A stretch of 58,474 nt of DNA from Bigelowiella natans CCMP2755 (lineage: Eukaryota; Protista; Cercozoa): assembly GCA_000320545.1 (NCBI GenBank), contig ADNK01000269.1, forward strand, positions 1-58,474, written 5' to 3'. Under the pieces are notes generated by a model. The model worked only from the letters and a program-made list of their open reading frames with translations. It did not search any database and had not been told where the DNA came from. The translations under genes were made by a program, and so were the position numbers. Of the stretch, positions 45,641-58,474 are shown piece after piece (the first letter of the stretch is position 1; every line of letters starts with the position of its first letter).

Positions 45641-45717
45641 GTAGTGAGTACTATGTCTGCAACTGCACTATTAGCTCGCATAATGAAAACGTATGCTAAT
45701 AATCCCTCTATTTTCAT

Positions 45718-45761
<44 letters not shown>

Positions 45762-47440
45762 TATGCTGTTGAATTTGAGAATCAATAAGATTTTTAAAGC
45801 TTGCATGTCCTACCCAAACATCGCGCACATGTGACAGGGCCAAGACGCTGATGAGGCGGCCAAAGGCGTACAGATTGCCCTTCGGTGTTTTCCAAATGCA
45901 AAAGTCATAGACGAGGCGGCAAGCCAGAAACAGCAGCACCAACCACTATTTCTCGGGAAGGAAACCTGCCTTCTTCCGATAACGTTGATAGGACGGCTTG
46001 CATTGGCCATCGTTCCAGGTTTTTAACAATCACTGCCGAATTGTCTGCTATTCGATGAGGGCGCTAGTAGTTATAAAAAGATGAAAATGTTTCTAGATCC
46101 TTCGGCAATCTTGTTCTCTGTTTTCTGTCCCCCCCCCCCCCCCCCTACTTCCAAGATGACCCAATCGCGCTATTTTTAAACAGCCGACGGATTACTCAGT
46201 CTTCAGCGTGCAGAAGCTTTGTTCAACGGGGACGGAATGGGACCTTCTGTTGCCTCTAATCTTCCTGTGACTAGAAAAGGCAGCGCCAGTGACTCTGACA
46301 ACGACGTACTTAGCCGTATACCTGGTGATAACACTTCCTCCCATCCCAAATCTTTCTACATCTTACGGTTTTCGTTTTATTACCCCATTCCCTCTCTCTG
46401 TCTTTTTCGCTTTTCGTCTCAGATCGTTGCTTTGTATTTCCGAGCTCTGAAAATACAGCGCGACTAAGGTATACAGATTCTGGGGAGAGAGAGAGAAGTC
46501 GGGATATAGGGGACAAGAGCAAGAGAAAGAGATAACAGCGAGCGGGATGCATTAATTTGCAACATAGTATATTTTAGTCCTTCTTGCAGATTGCTCTTCG
46601 CTGATTGTTGTTATGATCTTGAATGCGATGTGCTAGACTATTCGCGGCCTGGTTGCAGCCCACAGAATCGTTCCTTACTCACCTGGCGCACCGTGCTCAC
46701 TGTCTGAGAGAGAGCGGCCAGCCAACGATTCCATGTGATGAGCTGTTATTTATTACTATCCTTGTTTCTGTCGTCGCTGTGTTTCTGCCGATTTCCATTC
46801 GGATGCGTGGTAGAAATGAAACCTTACCTTTTTGTTCATGTGACAGACTTGATGAAGGAAGAGCGCAAGGCTAATCCATGGGTTCTCATGAGTGCGAACA
46901 ATGTCAGGCATCAATTTCCCCTTCGACACACGCAATAATTGAAGACCTATGTGCCTCGTTATCATTGATAATTATACCTTGAATATTACCCAAACAATCA
47001 CAGTGAAGAGAACGTTGCCATTTTTATTTTGTCTTGCAGTATAAACGAGAGAACCTCATCAAGGCCGTGGAATGGCGCCTCCTTCAGTATCGCTCTCGGT
47101 CATGTTTATTCCGTCAATTTCGGTGGTTAGGCCCGCAGGAGCCTCCCACGTGGCATCTTCAGCTTAAACTTGTTAATAAGACCCCACCATTACGGGGAAG
47201 GACAGCAAAGACGTATGACAGCGATGATGCTAAAAGTAATAATGAGGATGGAAGCGACTATGGAGACCTCAAGCAAAAGCACTTGCCCCTTCACCGAACT
47301 GAGAATGTATTTATTTCAAACTAAATTACCAAAGATAGACACCCAGGATGTATGAATGTGTAGATTTATTTGTGTGTACTCTGAAATAGGGAAAGGGTGC
47401 AGGAGGGAGCTACCATCAGCAAGAAGAACTAAGCATTGAC

Positions 47441-50257
47441 ATGAAGGTGATGGATATCAACACTTTCTCGAAGAAACTAGAGGAACTTTGGAATCTGTTT
47501 TCTCGAATGGAAAGCCTAGCAACAACTACAGGCAACTATAACAAAACGACAGAGCTAATGCCTACACCTATGGTGCCTAACAACAACAACAAGGAGGAAG
47601 CAATGATATGGGTTGCTCCTACGGTGTGCATGCTACTTTCTCCTCCACCTACCTCTAAAGCTGGTGAGAACAGTCGTACTATCCTCAAGGACAGCAGAAT
47701 CACACCGCGTGAAAACACCAAAATGAGTTCCAACAATACGGAAAATGAGGAAATTAAGACGCTGCGAAACAAACTTGAGAATATCAAGAGAAACAATTTG
47801 AAGCTATCCAAGAAGACAAGCGAGCTTGAAGTGGAGATCCGCCGATTGAACGACAAGGAAGCCGAGTATAAACTAATGTGCGGTAATCTCAAAACCGAGA
47901 ATACAACCCTAGTTGAGAACCTCCGCCAAGAAAAGCAACAGCTCAGATCGCTGCAACAGAAGCAGTTCGAATCGACTATAAACAATAGCAAAAATGAAAA
48001 TGTCGCAGCAGAGCTCAAGAAACAGCAGCAGCAGCTGATCTCCCAGCTCAAGTCTGCTGATGCATCCACAGAGGCCTTACGGAAGGAGAGCGAGGTGCTA
48101 CGGGGGAAGATTGCGACTTCCAAGCAAGATAATAGTAAGCTCGCAGCGACAAACAATGAGCTAGAAGCGGAGATACGTCGAAGATGTAGTGAGGAGACTG
48201 AAAGAACAAGGATATGCAATAAGCTTAGGAGTGAAAATGAAGAACTAAATCAATGTGTCCGCGACGTCAGACAACAGATGCAGCAGGAACGATCCAAGTG
48301 GTCTATTGAAAATGATAAGGCTGCAACGGAGTATGAGAAGAAGCAGCACCAGCTCACCTCAAAACTTAAGCATGCAGAGACAACCGTAGAGTCTTTGAGT
48401 AGGAAGCTCGAGGCGATGCAGTCTGAGAACGAAGGTGCAATGCAGGAGCATACAAGGCTGAACGCTAAGGTTGCAGCAGAGCACAAGCGACAGAAAGAAG
48501 ATCTTTCCTCTCGTCTCCAGGCATCTGACGCTCGCGTTGAAGCCTTACGAAAGGAAGGAGAAGCCCAGCGAGCGAAGATTGCAGCATCCAAAGAAGACAT
48601 TGTGAAGCTATCCAAGAAGACAAGCGAGCTTGAAGTGGAGATCCGCCGATTGAACGACAAGGAAGCCGAGTATAAACTAATGTGCGGTAATCTCAAAACC
48701 GAGAATACAACCCTAGTTGAGAACCTCCGCCAAGAAAAGCAACAGCTCAGATCGCTGCAACAGAAGCAGTTCGAATCGACTATAAACAATAGCAAAAATG
48801 AAAATGCCGCAGCAGAGCTCAAGAAACAGCAGCAGCAGCTGATCTCCCAGCTCAAGTCTGCTGATGCATCCACAGAGGCCTTACGGAAGGAGAGCGAGGT
48901 GCTACGGGGGAAGATTGCGGCCTCCGACGCTCGCGTTGAAGCCTTAGGGAAGGAAAGAGGAGACCTTCGAGCGAAGATTGAAAAATCCAAACAAGAAAAT
49001 GTGAAGCTATTCGAGAGGATAAGCGAGCTTGAAATGGAGATCCGTAGAAAGAACGATAAGGAGGCTGCACAAGCAGAACTAGGTGATGAACTTAGAATTG
49101 AAAAGAATCACTTAACTGAACGCTTGAGGCATGTTAGTCAACAGTTGAAGCAGAAAGAATCCGAATATAATCGGAGTGACAGTAGAAGGGATGAAACCGA
49201 ATCAGAGCTGAAGAAACAGCAGCAGCAGCTCATTTCTCAACTTGAGAATGCCAATGCTGAAATTGAGGCTTTAAGAAAAGAGAAGGAAGCAATTCAAGCT
49301 CAAGGTGAACTCATGAAGCAAGACAATGTCAAACTTGCCGCTCAAACAAGCAAGCTTGAGAAAGAAATACGTATAAAATGTGATGTGGAGGTCGACAAAG
49401 CTAAAAATTACAACCAACTAAAAAATGAAAAAGACGACCTTACTCATCGGCTTCACTGTGCGCAGCAGCAACTGCAGCAGCAGGGAAACGCCTCGGCCGT
49501 GAATGAGGGCAAACTTGAAGAACTCAAAAAAGAGCTGCAGCAGCTCAGCTCCGACCTCAAGAATGCTAACAAGAAAATTGAGTCCCTTACAAATGAGAAG
49601 AAGACTCTGAAATCCAAAAACGAAGCTGTCGTGAGAGACAACACCAAGCTTTTCGCAAAGGTAAACGAACTTGCCGAGAAGGCTTTCCGAAAGAATGAAA
49701 AAGGCACTGAGAAGCAACATTCCCAATCAATCCTCAATGATAGTACGGGCAACAATAGTACCTCTTTAGAACACAAAAAGCAACAGGATCATCTTGCCTC
49801 TCAACTCAAGAATGCAAATGATACCGTCAAGATCTTAAGAGAGGAGAAAGAGAGTCTGCAAGCGAAGAATGAAGCTATTCAAAAAGACAATGCAAAGCTT
49901 TTTGCCAAGGTGAACGAGCTTGCAGAAAAGGCATTCCGAAGGAATGACGATGCTGATAAGACTAGTTTGAGTCAGATTGAGGCTAGGGAGAAGGAGATAT
50001 TAGCCCTCAAAACTAAGCTTCAAGAATTTGAGAAAAAGGTTCGGACCTTCACGGTGGAGAGATCAGAAGGAGACGGAGAAGGCGGAGATGGATGTTTAGG
50101 TGGATCGACTGATCAGTCCTCAAAAGCTACCGCCGCAACTGGAATGAATACTTCTAGTAACGACGAAGTTGGCGACCTGCCAACCGTATCCCGAAAGCAC
50201 GCTAAGAGCAAGTGAGACAAGCACGTGCTATGAATGCAAATCTCTCATTTTCTCTTT

Positions 50258-50303
<46 letters not shown>

Positions 50304-51184
50304 CTCTCTCTGCACGCATGCGTGTGCGCGTGTGTGTCTGTGTGTATATAAACTATTTTAAATGAAATGTTCTCTTATCTTTCTCGCTTTCTCTCCCTTC
50401 CCCTCCTCTATATCATATATTTGGCTTCCTATTCTTATTTTCACGTGCATATTGTCGTCACGCACCACTGAAGATCTCCCCGAAGAATGTCTACTCGCAT
50501 GTCTATCTCCATGCGGCGGGGACGACGGCCTACACGGAGTAGCATGGCAAACGTCGGGGATTCTACTACAAAGCAGCCTCGAAACCGAGCGGCTAGGAAG
50601 AAGTCAGAGATCGTGGCAGCCCGTGCAGAGATATTGACCTACTTCAAGATAGTGATCGAAAGCACGGAGAAGAAAAAGGATCTTAAGGGCAAGTCCTACA
50701 TCTCGTACGTCATCAGGACCAAAGATAGCAACGACACTAAGGCCAACTGGGAAACGCGACGACGCTTCTCTGAGTTCGACGAACTTCACAGTACTTTCTA
50801 GCCTAATAGTGCAAAAAGGGGCGGGGTTAGAATACACGTGCAACATTTTGACGTTAAAAATACAATCTTTTGTATGTTATTCTCTCAGGCATTTTAAGGC
50901 AGAAATTTCCTCGGTCAAAGCTGCCGTCGCTGCCCCGCAAGAGAGGACTCTTCAGTTATGGCAACAGCTTCATTGAGAAAAGGAGGGTCGCTCTCCAGCA
51001 ATATCTCACCTCGTTAATTTCTATCGGTGAGCTTGCAAAAAGTGCAGATATCTTTAAGTTTCTCACCGAAGATTCGAAGGGCAACACGTCATCTCGCCGA
51101 TCCATGATGGCTTTGGACAACGTGTAAGTTAAAAACCGCCATCCCTTATTACTAACCTGTGTCTGTTCTTTAAGCGGATGCGTA

Positions 51185-51224
<40 letters not shown>

Positions 51225-52867
51225 TTGTATGCAGAGAGAAAATGGAAACATCCACCACTCACCGTAGTTTCTATCTTTCTTACGCTTGTATTTAACAATC
51301 AAATTCCCAACACAGATCAATGCTTGCATTGCTCGACGAAAGCACTCAGCCACGTAAGACGGAAGGATGGCTGATGAAACAAGGTACCTTCAACAAGGCC
51401 TTTAAGAAACGGTATTTCCGCCTCATGATCTCCTCGTTCGGGGACTACGATGGCAAAGATGACGGTGATGAAGGGGAGGGAACTTCTGTTATGCTTCAGT
51501 ACTTCAAGAATAAGAAGTCGACGAAACCTCACGGTTCTGTAGCACTGCGAAGAGTGCCATGGGGGCAGGAAATGACAGTTGTTGAGCTCCTTGAAGGAAG
51601 TACTTTTGGCATTAACGACGGAGAGCGTGTGTATATCCTCAAGGCCGAAACAGTCGAAGGATGCGCAAAGCTGGGTTGGACCTTATCTCTGAACGCCATA
51701 GCTATCCTGCCTGATGACGTCGTTGCGGCGCTTGAAAAAGCTGAGGAGGAAAGGATGGAATTGGTGGAAGAGGTAGAAGAAGAGGAAGCAAAACATACTA
51801 CCCCACAAAAGGGGGCTAATGAAGGTGGGAACGGACAGAGAGCCGAAACAGCAACCGCCATTGATGAGGATGGGAAGGTTGTAGACGATCTCCGGAAGAC
51901 TCTCGCAAGTAAAGACGCCGCCTTAAGGGATAGGGAAGAGAAGCACGCTGAGGAGATTAAGGCTCTCAAAGACCAAATTCGAAAGGCAGAAGAGGCAGCA
52001 ACGACAGCGAGACAACCCGCCTCTGGCTCTACGATTCCACCCCCTCCAGCTTCCGGAATCCCCCCCCCCCCATCCTTCGACATTCCCATTGTTGGGGGGG
52101 AGGGTGGCATTCCACCCCCTCCGGCAGGAGGAATACTCCCACCTCCCCCAATGTTGGAAGGAGCTCTGCCTGTTTCAACTTCGGAAACAGCAACTAGCAG
52201 GGGAGGCCTTCTCGACGCTCTTAAGAAGGGACGCAAGCTGAAGAAAACTACGACCAATAGCAACAAGCAGAAGAACAGCAGCAGCGGTATGAGTTTGTGT
52301 GCGTGTGTTTGTGTTTGTGTCTGAGACGCCTTGTGGGGAAATTGTATTTGCGAATTTAGCCGCATCATCAAAATTTTGAGGCAAAAACACACGTAGATGC
52401 GAAATAGAAATCGTAGGGAAAGCAAGAATGTAATCAATCCGCACTGCAGCATGGAAGTAAATCTAAGTCAGAGATGAAGATTGGAAGTATTGACTATGTT
52501 TGTTCAAATCTTGTGCATCCATTGCTATTGAAAGGATATTCGTCGTTTGTTGAATGATATTTTATATTTCTGCAAGTAGGTGGAGGAGGTGATATGCGAA
52601 GTGCGTTACTCTCCGCAATAAAGAGTGGCAAAAAGTTAAAATCTTCAAAAAATCGGAAACTTCCTGAAAAGAAGGCCGAGCCAGCTGATGGAGGCGGCGG
52701 TGGTAACCTCATGGCAGATCTTATGATGAAGCTCCGAAAGTGTGAAACAACATACTAGCCATCAATACAACTTCAATATTTCCTCATATTTTAGCATACA
52801 ATGATTTGAGTGAGAGTACATTACTTATCGTTTCCGTTGCTATCCCCTCCTTCTATATTTTCTCTCA

Positions 52868-52907
<40 letters not shown>

Positions 52908-53135
52908 CCCTCCCCCCCCCCTCTTTCTCCGTGATTATAACATTGTTAATACCTTTGCAGTCGAAGAAAACACATTTCCGGCGGAACAGGATCAGCAGCG
53001 AGTAACCAAAAGTCGGTACGGGCTCAGCTTGTCAAGCAGAATAGTTTATTAGCAACTACCAGTCGTGCAGGAAGATCCTCAAGCGTCTGGGACGATAGCG
53101 ACGATGACGACGACGACAGTGAGTTTTCTAGCTAG
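47441..53135 (+). CDS. coiled-coil - PX - PH - polyproline - WH2x2 - C - acidic protein (WASP/WASH-like nucleation-promoting factor); may extend upstream to ~46237
   Basis: 924-aa coiled-coil exon. PX: YISYVI...RRFSEFDELH...LPSLPRK...FIEKRRVALQQYL. PH: KTEGWLMKQG..FKKRYF. WH2: RGGLLDALKKGRKLKKT and MRSALLSAIKSGKKLKS. C region GNLMADLMMKLRNRRKHISG; acidic end WDDSDDDDDDSEF. Confidence 0.8.
47799..48919 (+). repeat. in-frame intragenic direct repeat (47799-48115 and 48603-48919, 317 bp)
   Basis: Two copies 804 bp apart, with one visible difference (GTC vs GCC). Confidence 0.92.
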
Positions 53136-54121
53136 TTTACATAATTATTGTGTATAATGTGTGCATCCACATTGCATGCGTCATGTTACATTGTGTTATC
53201 AACACAAAAATCAGCTTGGAGCTGAAGGACGTATGTTTACTTTAACCGGCCCGCATAGTATAGTTGCTGGTGTCCATATTACTACATTAGGCTGACTACA
53301 TAGCTACGCCTATAGTACATGTGATCAACGCATGCATGTGTGTGCCTTGCTACTGATTGCTTGAGACGACGAATAATGTAATGAACGATTTTTTTTTTAC
53401 CCAATGGTGGTTGCTCGTGTGCAAATCTTTGTTTGTGCATGCGAGCTACGTGCCACGTGCACTCATTGCTGTGCACGTGTTAGTGGTTGCGTCTAGAACA
53501 TCCACCGCCCACAGCCAGCGATTCGACAATGGCATGTCAGGCTGTTGTGCTCATATGCATGTAGGCAGGCACCACGCGCGTGCATGCTTCTCATCCAATG
53601 GATTTGCACTACGCTCCCCCCTTATAATAACCGCATGCATTTATGCCCACCGGCCAAGATTTACGATGTACGGAGCCCTTTTTTTGGCGTATGGAGGTGT
53701 TTCAGCACATGCCAGCAGCAGGTTCAGACAATAAAGAGGCGTGCTATCAACATGCGAAATGAAAGACTTTTCACAGTAAAGAAACCAATCGAGAAGAACG
53801 AGCAATCATTCCTTTGTCGATTCAGAATACATGGCATATAAATCAGTCTCGTGCCAAAACTGAATTACACAGAAAGCTTTAGATGATTCACAGCTAAAAA
53901 GCACACACGGAGCCGTGGGTAGATACTTCCTATCTCTAATAACCAGTACCACCACATGAGCTAGAGTACGTGAGCAACCATTTACTGTCAAATAGAGTCA
54001 CACACTGCTCTGAAACTCAGATGCCAGTGTTAGTAGTTGGCTTGTCAATTTTGTACATTTTCCTTTCTTTCTTATCTTCCTTTACGTCTTCCCCCTTTCC
54101 TCCTACTTCTATTTTCCTTCT

Positions 54122-54231
54122 CTATTCATCCATGAGGTCTATGGGCTTGGAGCACATCTGTACTATTGCGTTGAACTCGTCAAGCGTAACCTTTATTGTA
54201 TTTGTGTTTTCAGTTATGAAGTTCCTAGCTC

Positions 54232-54268
<37 letters not shown>

Positions 54269-54549
54269 GAGCATTGCGAGCTATGCCTGCACCTGCAGAT
54301 TCGAATGATGATGATGTGCGATTTCATGCCTAAGTGTTCAGTGGATATTTCCGGACATATTACCCCTTTTGTGGGATTGGAGACTTTGAATGGATGCCGT
54401 AGCATATCAGGTATCCTTTCTTCTATTCTTTCCAGCTGCGACATCATTTTCCCTGTGCGTCAGTCAACCACGGCCAATGAATCAAATGGATATGAACAAA
54501 GGAGCAGAAATATGGATGAGCGAAAGTGTGTATGTGTGAGTGTGTATGA

Positions 54550-54627
<78 letters not shown>

Positions 54628-55386
54628 TGTATATTTGTGGGCTGTATTCACCGAAGGCTGCCGCCAGTGCTTTCACTGATATATATTTCTGAGGACAACA
54701 ACATTGGTATCAATCCACTATGAAGCCTTCTTGATCATTTCCTTTTTCATCCTCTTCTTCTTTCTTCTTCTTCTTCTTACCGTTCCGTCTGAGTCCGTTT
54801 CTACAGCTAAATGTTCGAACATCTCATTGACTTCACCCTACCGTAAACGAATAAAATGCGGTAAATTTCACAATGAAACATGTTCTGTTCTGTGTGTGCT
54901 GGTACAAGGTGCGTACGGAAACAGTAGGAAAAATTACGTTCGAAAAATCCAACTCTTCTGTCTCGAGCTCATCTTCCAACAGCAACCTCTCGTCATTAAC
55001 GTGATCCTGCGTGGCAAAGAGGAGGTGGTAAGAGAAAATCTCTCATGACAATTAAAAACAAATTTTTGACTTTTGCTCCAAAAAGAATAGCACATGTTGT
55101 GTAAATCGTTAAATAAAGAGAATGGGAGATCAAGAGAATGGGAGATCGAGGTCTTATATCACCGCGTAATCTGAGGGGATCTTCGGCCAATTCTTCACGA
55201 ATTCACCGACCCACGGGTCCTTTGCCTGATATGAAGAGATGTTAAATGATGTCGCGTTAATAGAGCATCAAACACTGATGGCGAATACAAATGTCACTGA
55301 ATCGTTAACGGACCATTTCCCAGGCCAGCTTTCCAGCGTCGTTTTTTACATCGCGCTTACAGTCTAATTCCTAAGCGAACGAGAGA

Positions 55387-55427
<41 letters not shown>

Positions 55428-55669
55428 TGTGTACGGGAGATTCCGCGGTGAAGAAAAACTTGAAAGAGTCGTAAATGGAGGGGGGGGGGGGGGGGGGGGG
55501 GTATATGGAAATGGAAATGAAAACGGTGATAACAACTAAAACTCAATAAATACTTTAAGAAATACCATGAGAAGCTTCATTATTGGGATCATTGTGGATT
55601 TGTGCGCCCTATATCAATATAGCATAAGTCAATGCATCGACTGTAGTCATTCGGTGTTAACAGCAAACA

Positions 55670-55707
<38 letters not shown>

Positions 55708-56348
55708 GCAATATCTGTATGCTCTACTTGAGAAGTGTCCTACCCCAAAGGGCTATTATGCATGTACCTCTCTACTGCGATGTGCAGCGGCGTGTTGCCT
55801 TTGGCATTTTGATAGTTCAGATCCACCTCACACACAGTCGCTAGGATCTTCACAACCTCGAATTTGCCGTAGAAAACCGTCGCGTGTAGCATCGTAGCTC
55901 CACTCTGCGGAAAGGAACAAGACACACTCAAATCGTTTTGCTTGCTGATAGTAATCGTTATTTTCACTGTTGTCGTTGTTGTTTTGATGATGTTTGATCT
56001 GTTTTACTTTGGATGTTGGTCGGTTGAGGTTCAAGTAGCCTAGTGAGGGGACGAAGAGAGTAAGAAATAAGAACTGATAGCTTCGCAGATTGTGATTCAT
56101 TCATATCGTTATTAAAATATACTTTCCTGCGACACGATCAAAGTCGAAGGACAAAGTTATACGTGCTATTTCAGTAACATTTTAGATTTTCGACCACTCC
56201 CTATGTGCTATCTTTCAACAATCACCGTCAAGTATTAAATCTTCGCTTTCCATCAGAAGCCGGAGAAAAGTCACCTATAGAGTCCAAATGAGATGATTAG
56301 TTTCCTTTTTGCTCGCATGTGGCTCGAGGGCGCTTTGTATTAGGATTG

Positions 56349-56389
<41 letters not shown>

Positions 56390-57051
56390 TGGCAATACCT
56401 CGTCCAAACCGCTCCTTGCGGTAGCGAAGCATGTGATGAGCCTCTTCCAAACCGTCTGTGCACGCTGGATCTTCTCCTGATCTTTATGTTCATTGTCAAA
56501 TGCACCTTCGTGAAAACTATTGAGAGGGCCCATTGTCATCATTCGCGTTATCCCACGCTTCTGCAAGGTGAGGAGGCGGAAAGGTACAAATGGATCAAAT
56601 ACTGTAGGATTCAACAACGTGATAGGTGGTGGGACTCACGACCAACAGATAAGGAGACGTCACAAAAACAAAGGTTTTGTTTTGATTGAATTTAAAAAAG
56701 AAATCACTATATTATCTCCTAGGTGTAAGTAGGTATATGCCCTTTACATCCAGTCATTTTCATGATGTTTTAGCTTTCAGTTTTTGGGATGAGAGTTCCT
56801 ACAAGTTCAGGCTGCTTGCTATCCCCGTATGTGGTCCCTCCTTTTGCGTCACCAATCTGTATCAATGGAAAAGAAGGGGAACAAATGTCAGTAACTGCTA
56901 ATCTATGTCTTCATGGATTTTCTGTGCTGAATCATTTTATTTTGTTTTCTTTCACACTCTAAATTACCGCTGGTGGTTCATCGAATTTTTCGTCTACAAG
57001 CCTGGTATGAAAAGCCAGACAGTCCTCCCTGTGCCACCGCCGCACAAGATA

Positions 57052-57119
<68 letters not shown>

Positions 57120-58210
57120 ATGTAACTAATACTATAATATACATGTACACGTATATACTCATGTATGTGTATACATCGCAGTAATTGTGTGTGTAAGATA
57201 TTTTATTATCATCAACAAGTAACTATACTATTGACAGCTTGGAATAGTAGAAGTTTGTTCTCACCTCCATCGTCGGACGGCATCGGGGTCATGTTGATAG
57301 TTTTGCATGCACTGCTGAACAGCCTCTAATGTTCCGTTCTTCACCGAAATGTCTATCGGGGTCTTGCCCTAAAAAGATGCCACGTGGGGGCAGAGGGAGG
57401 ATAAGGGATGTAATCGAGTGCAGCGTGAGAGAGTTTATAATTGATATCTAGACGTACTTTTGAGTTTTTCTGTTTCATGTCCCCGCCAGCCTGAAAGAAG
57501 AAGCGATTTGAATGAGTACGTCGAACGGTATTGAATTCGGGAGAGGGCAGGGAGAAGGTAATTAGGCTATACATCCATCATGCATGGAATCTTGTTTTAC
57601 ATTCAGCTCTCCGAGCAATGAAAAGGGTTTGGGAATTTGTCTCTCATATTAGAGTATACCGGGGACCATATACTACAAAAACATGATACTACAGGAAGTC
57701 CTCATCTATCTAATAACACCTACCTGTAATAAGAGGCGAAGAATCGTGCGTGCTTTACTTTTCTGGAGCACCTGAGGAGGTAAGATTATATAATATTATA
57801 TTGTGTGTGTGGTATTTGTGCTATTTTCTGGGCGTAGTCGTTCAGTAAAACTCTTCTGTATTTATTTTTGTTACAATGGTTTCATCAGTAACAACAGCAC
57901 GTGAGTAACCTGGCAGATGAAGTGACATGAAGAATCCCCATTCTTATTCGTGTGATTAGGATCAGCACCAAACGCTAGCAACCATTTTGTCATCTAAATA
58001 TTGGATATGAAATAGAAGATGAGACATATGAAGTGCATACGACCATGAACAGTAGTCATCCTGCTACCCCCCTCCTCTTTTCTGACTTATAAAAGTGATG
58101 AGCGCTGCTGTTCTACCTCTGCCATCCGAGCCCAGGTCACGGAGTGGAGAAATGAGCTCGATGCACCTAGAACACGAAAGCGACGAATCAGGAAAACGTA
58201 GAAATATCAT
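54122..58210 (-). CDS. ankyrin-repeat protein, multi-exon (5' boundary uncertain)
   Basis: GATMLHATVFYGKFEVVKILATVCEVDLNYQNAKGNTPLHIAVE and KNDAGKLAWEM are ankyrin repeats. Many further minus-strand exons run to a TAG at 54122-54124. Confidence 0.62.
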
Positions 58211-58474
58211 CAACCTTCTCTCCCTCTCTATCCTTACTCTCGCCTACAAAACACTACAATTGAGAAAAAAAAGTATAGAAATAGGTTACTATTGAAGCTC
58301 CGATTCACGTTTAGTAAATCCTCGATTCCCTGCAAAATGTGGTAGGACGAGTACGTATTAAAAACGACGACGATATATCAACTAGATCTAAGAAAAATGT
58401 GAATGCCATACGCACCTTGGCTTCAACCAGTACAGCACGACAGCGTCACGTAGATTCCCTCTCAGCTGATGACC

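Noticed and set aside
47536-52452. Long antisense ORFs (227, 246 and 307 aa)
   Set aside because: Shadows of the coiled-coil and proline-rich exons on the plus strand.
1-58474. CRISPR arrays, rRNA or tRNA genes
   Set aside because: No regularly spaced repeat-spacer array or recognisable structural RNA gene was seen.

Overview
Eukaryotic nuclear DNA from an intron-rich alga with a secondary plastid. It is probably a chlorarachniophyte, inferred from bipartite signal+transit presequences on POR and on a cyanobacterial-type PH protein. The window holds about 13 spliced host genes, mostly alternating head-to-head and tail-to-tail: U1-C, a SINA-like E3 ligase, a glycosyltransferase-like protein, SpoU and N6-adenine RNA methyltransferases, an L/F-tRNA-protein transferase, POR, a PX-PH-WCA actin regulator, an ankyrin protein and others. 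It also holds two near-identical copies of a Ty3/gypsy LTR retrotransposon: 566-6286 (minus, two frameshifts, no TSD) and 34856-40571 (plus, intact, 4-bp TSD). Two signals stand out. (1) An apparent TpA-erasing hypermutation process (TA->CA/TG, sparing CTAG), the reverse of fungal RIP. It shows both as 0.6-1.3 kb blocks nearly devoid of TA and as the dominant class of difference between the two young retrotransposon copies. (2) The retrotransposon integrase ends in a degenerate Dam/DIRS-type N6-adenine methyltransferase-like domain where chromoviruses carry a chromodomain, and both copies sit in or next to TA-erased DNA. All counts were made by eye and are approximate.
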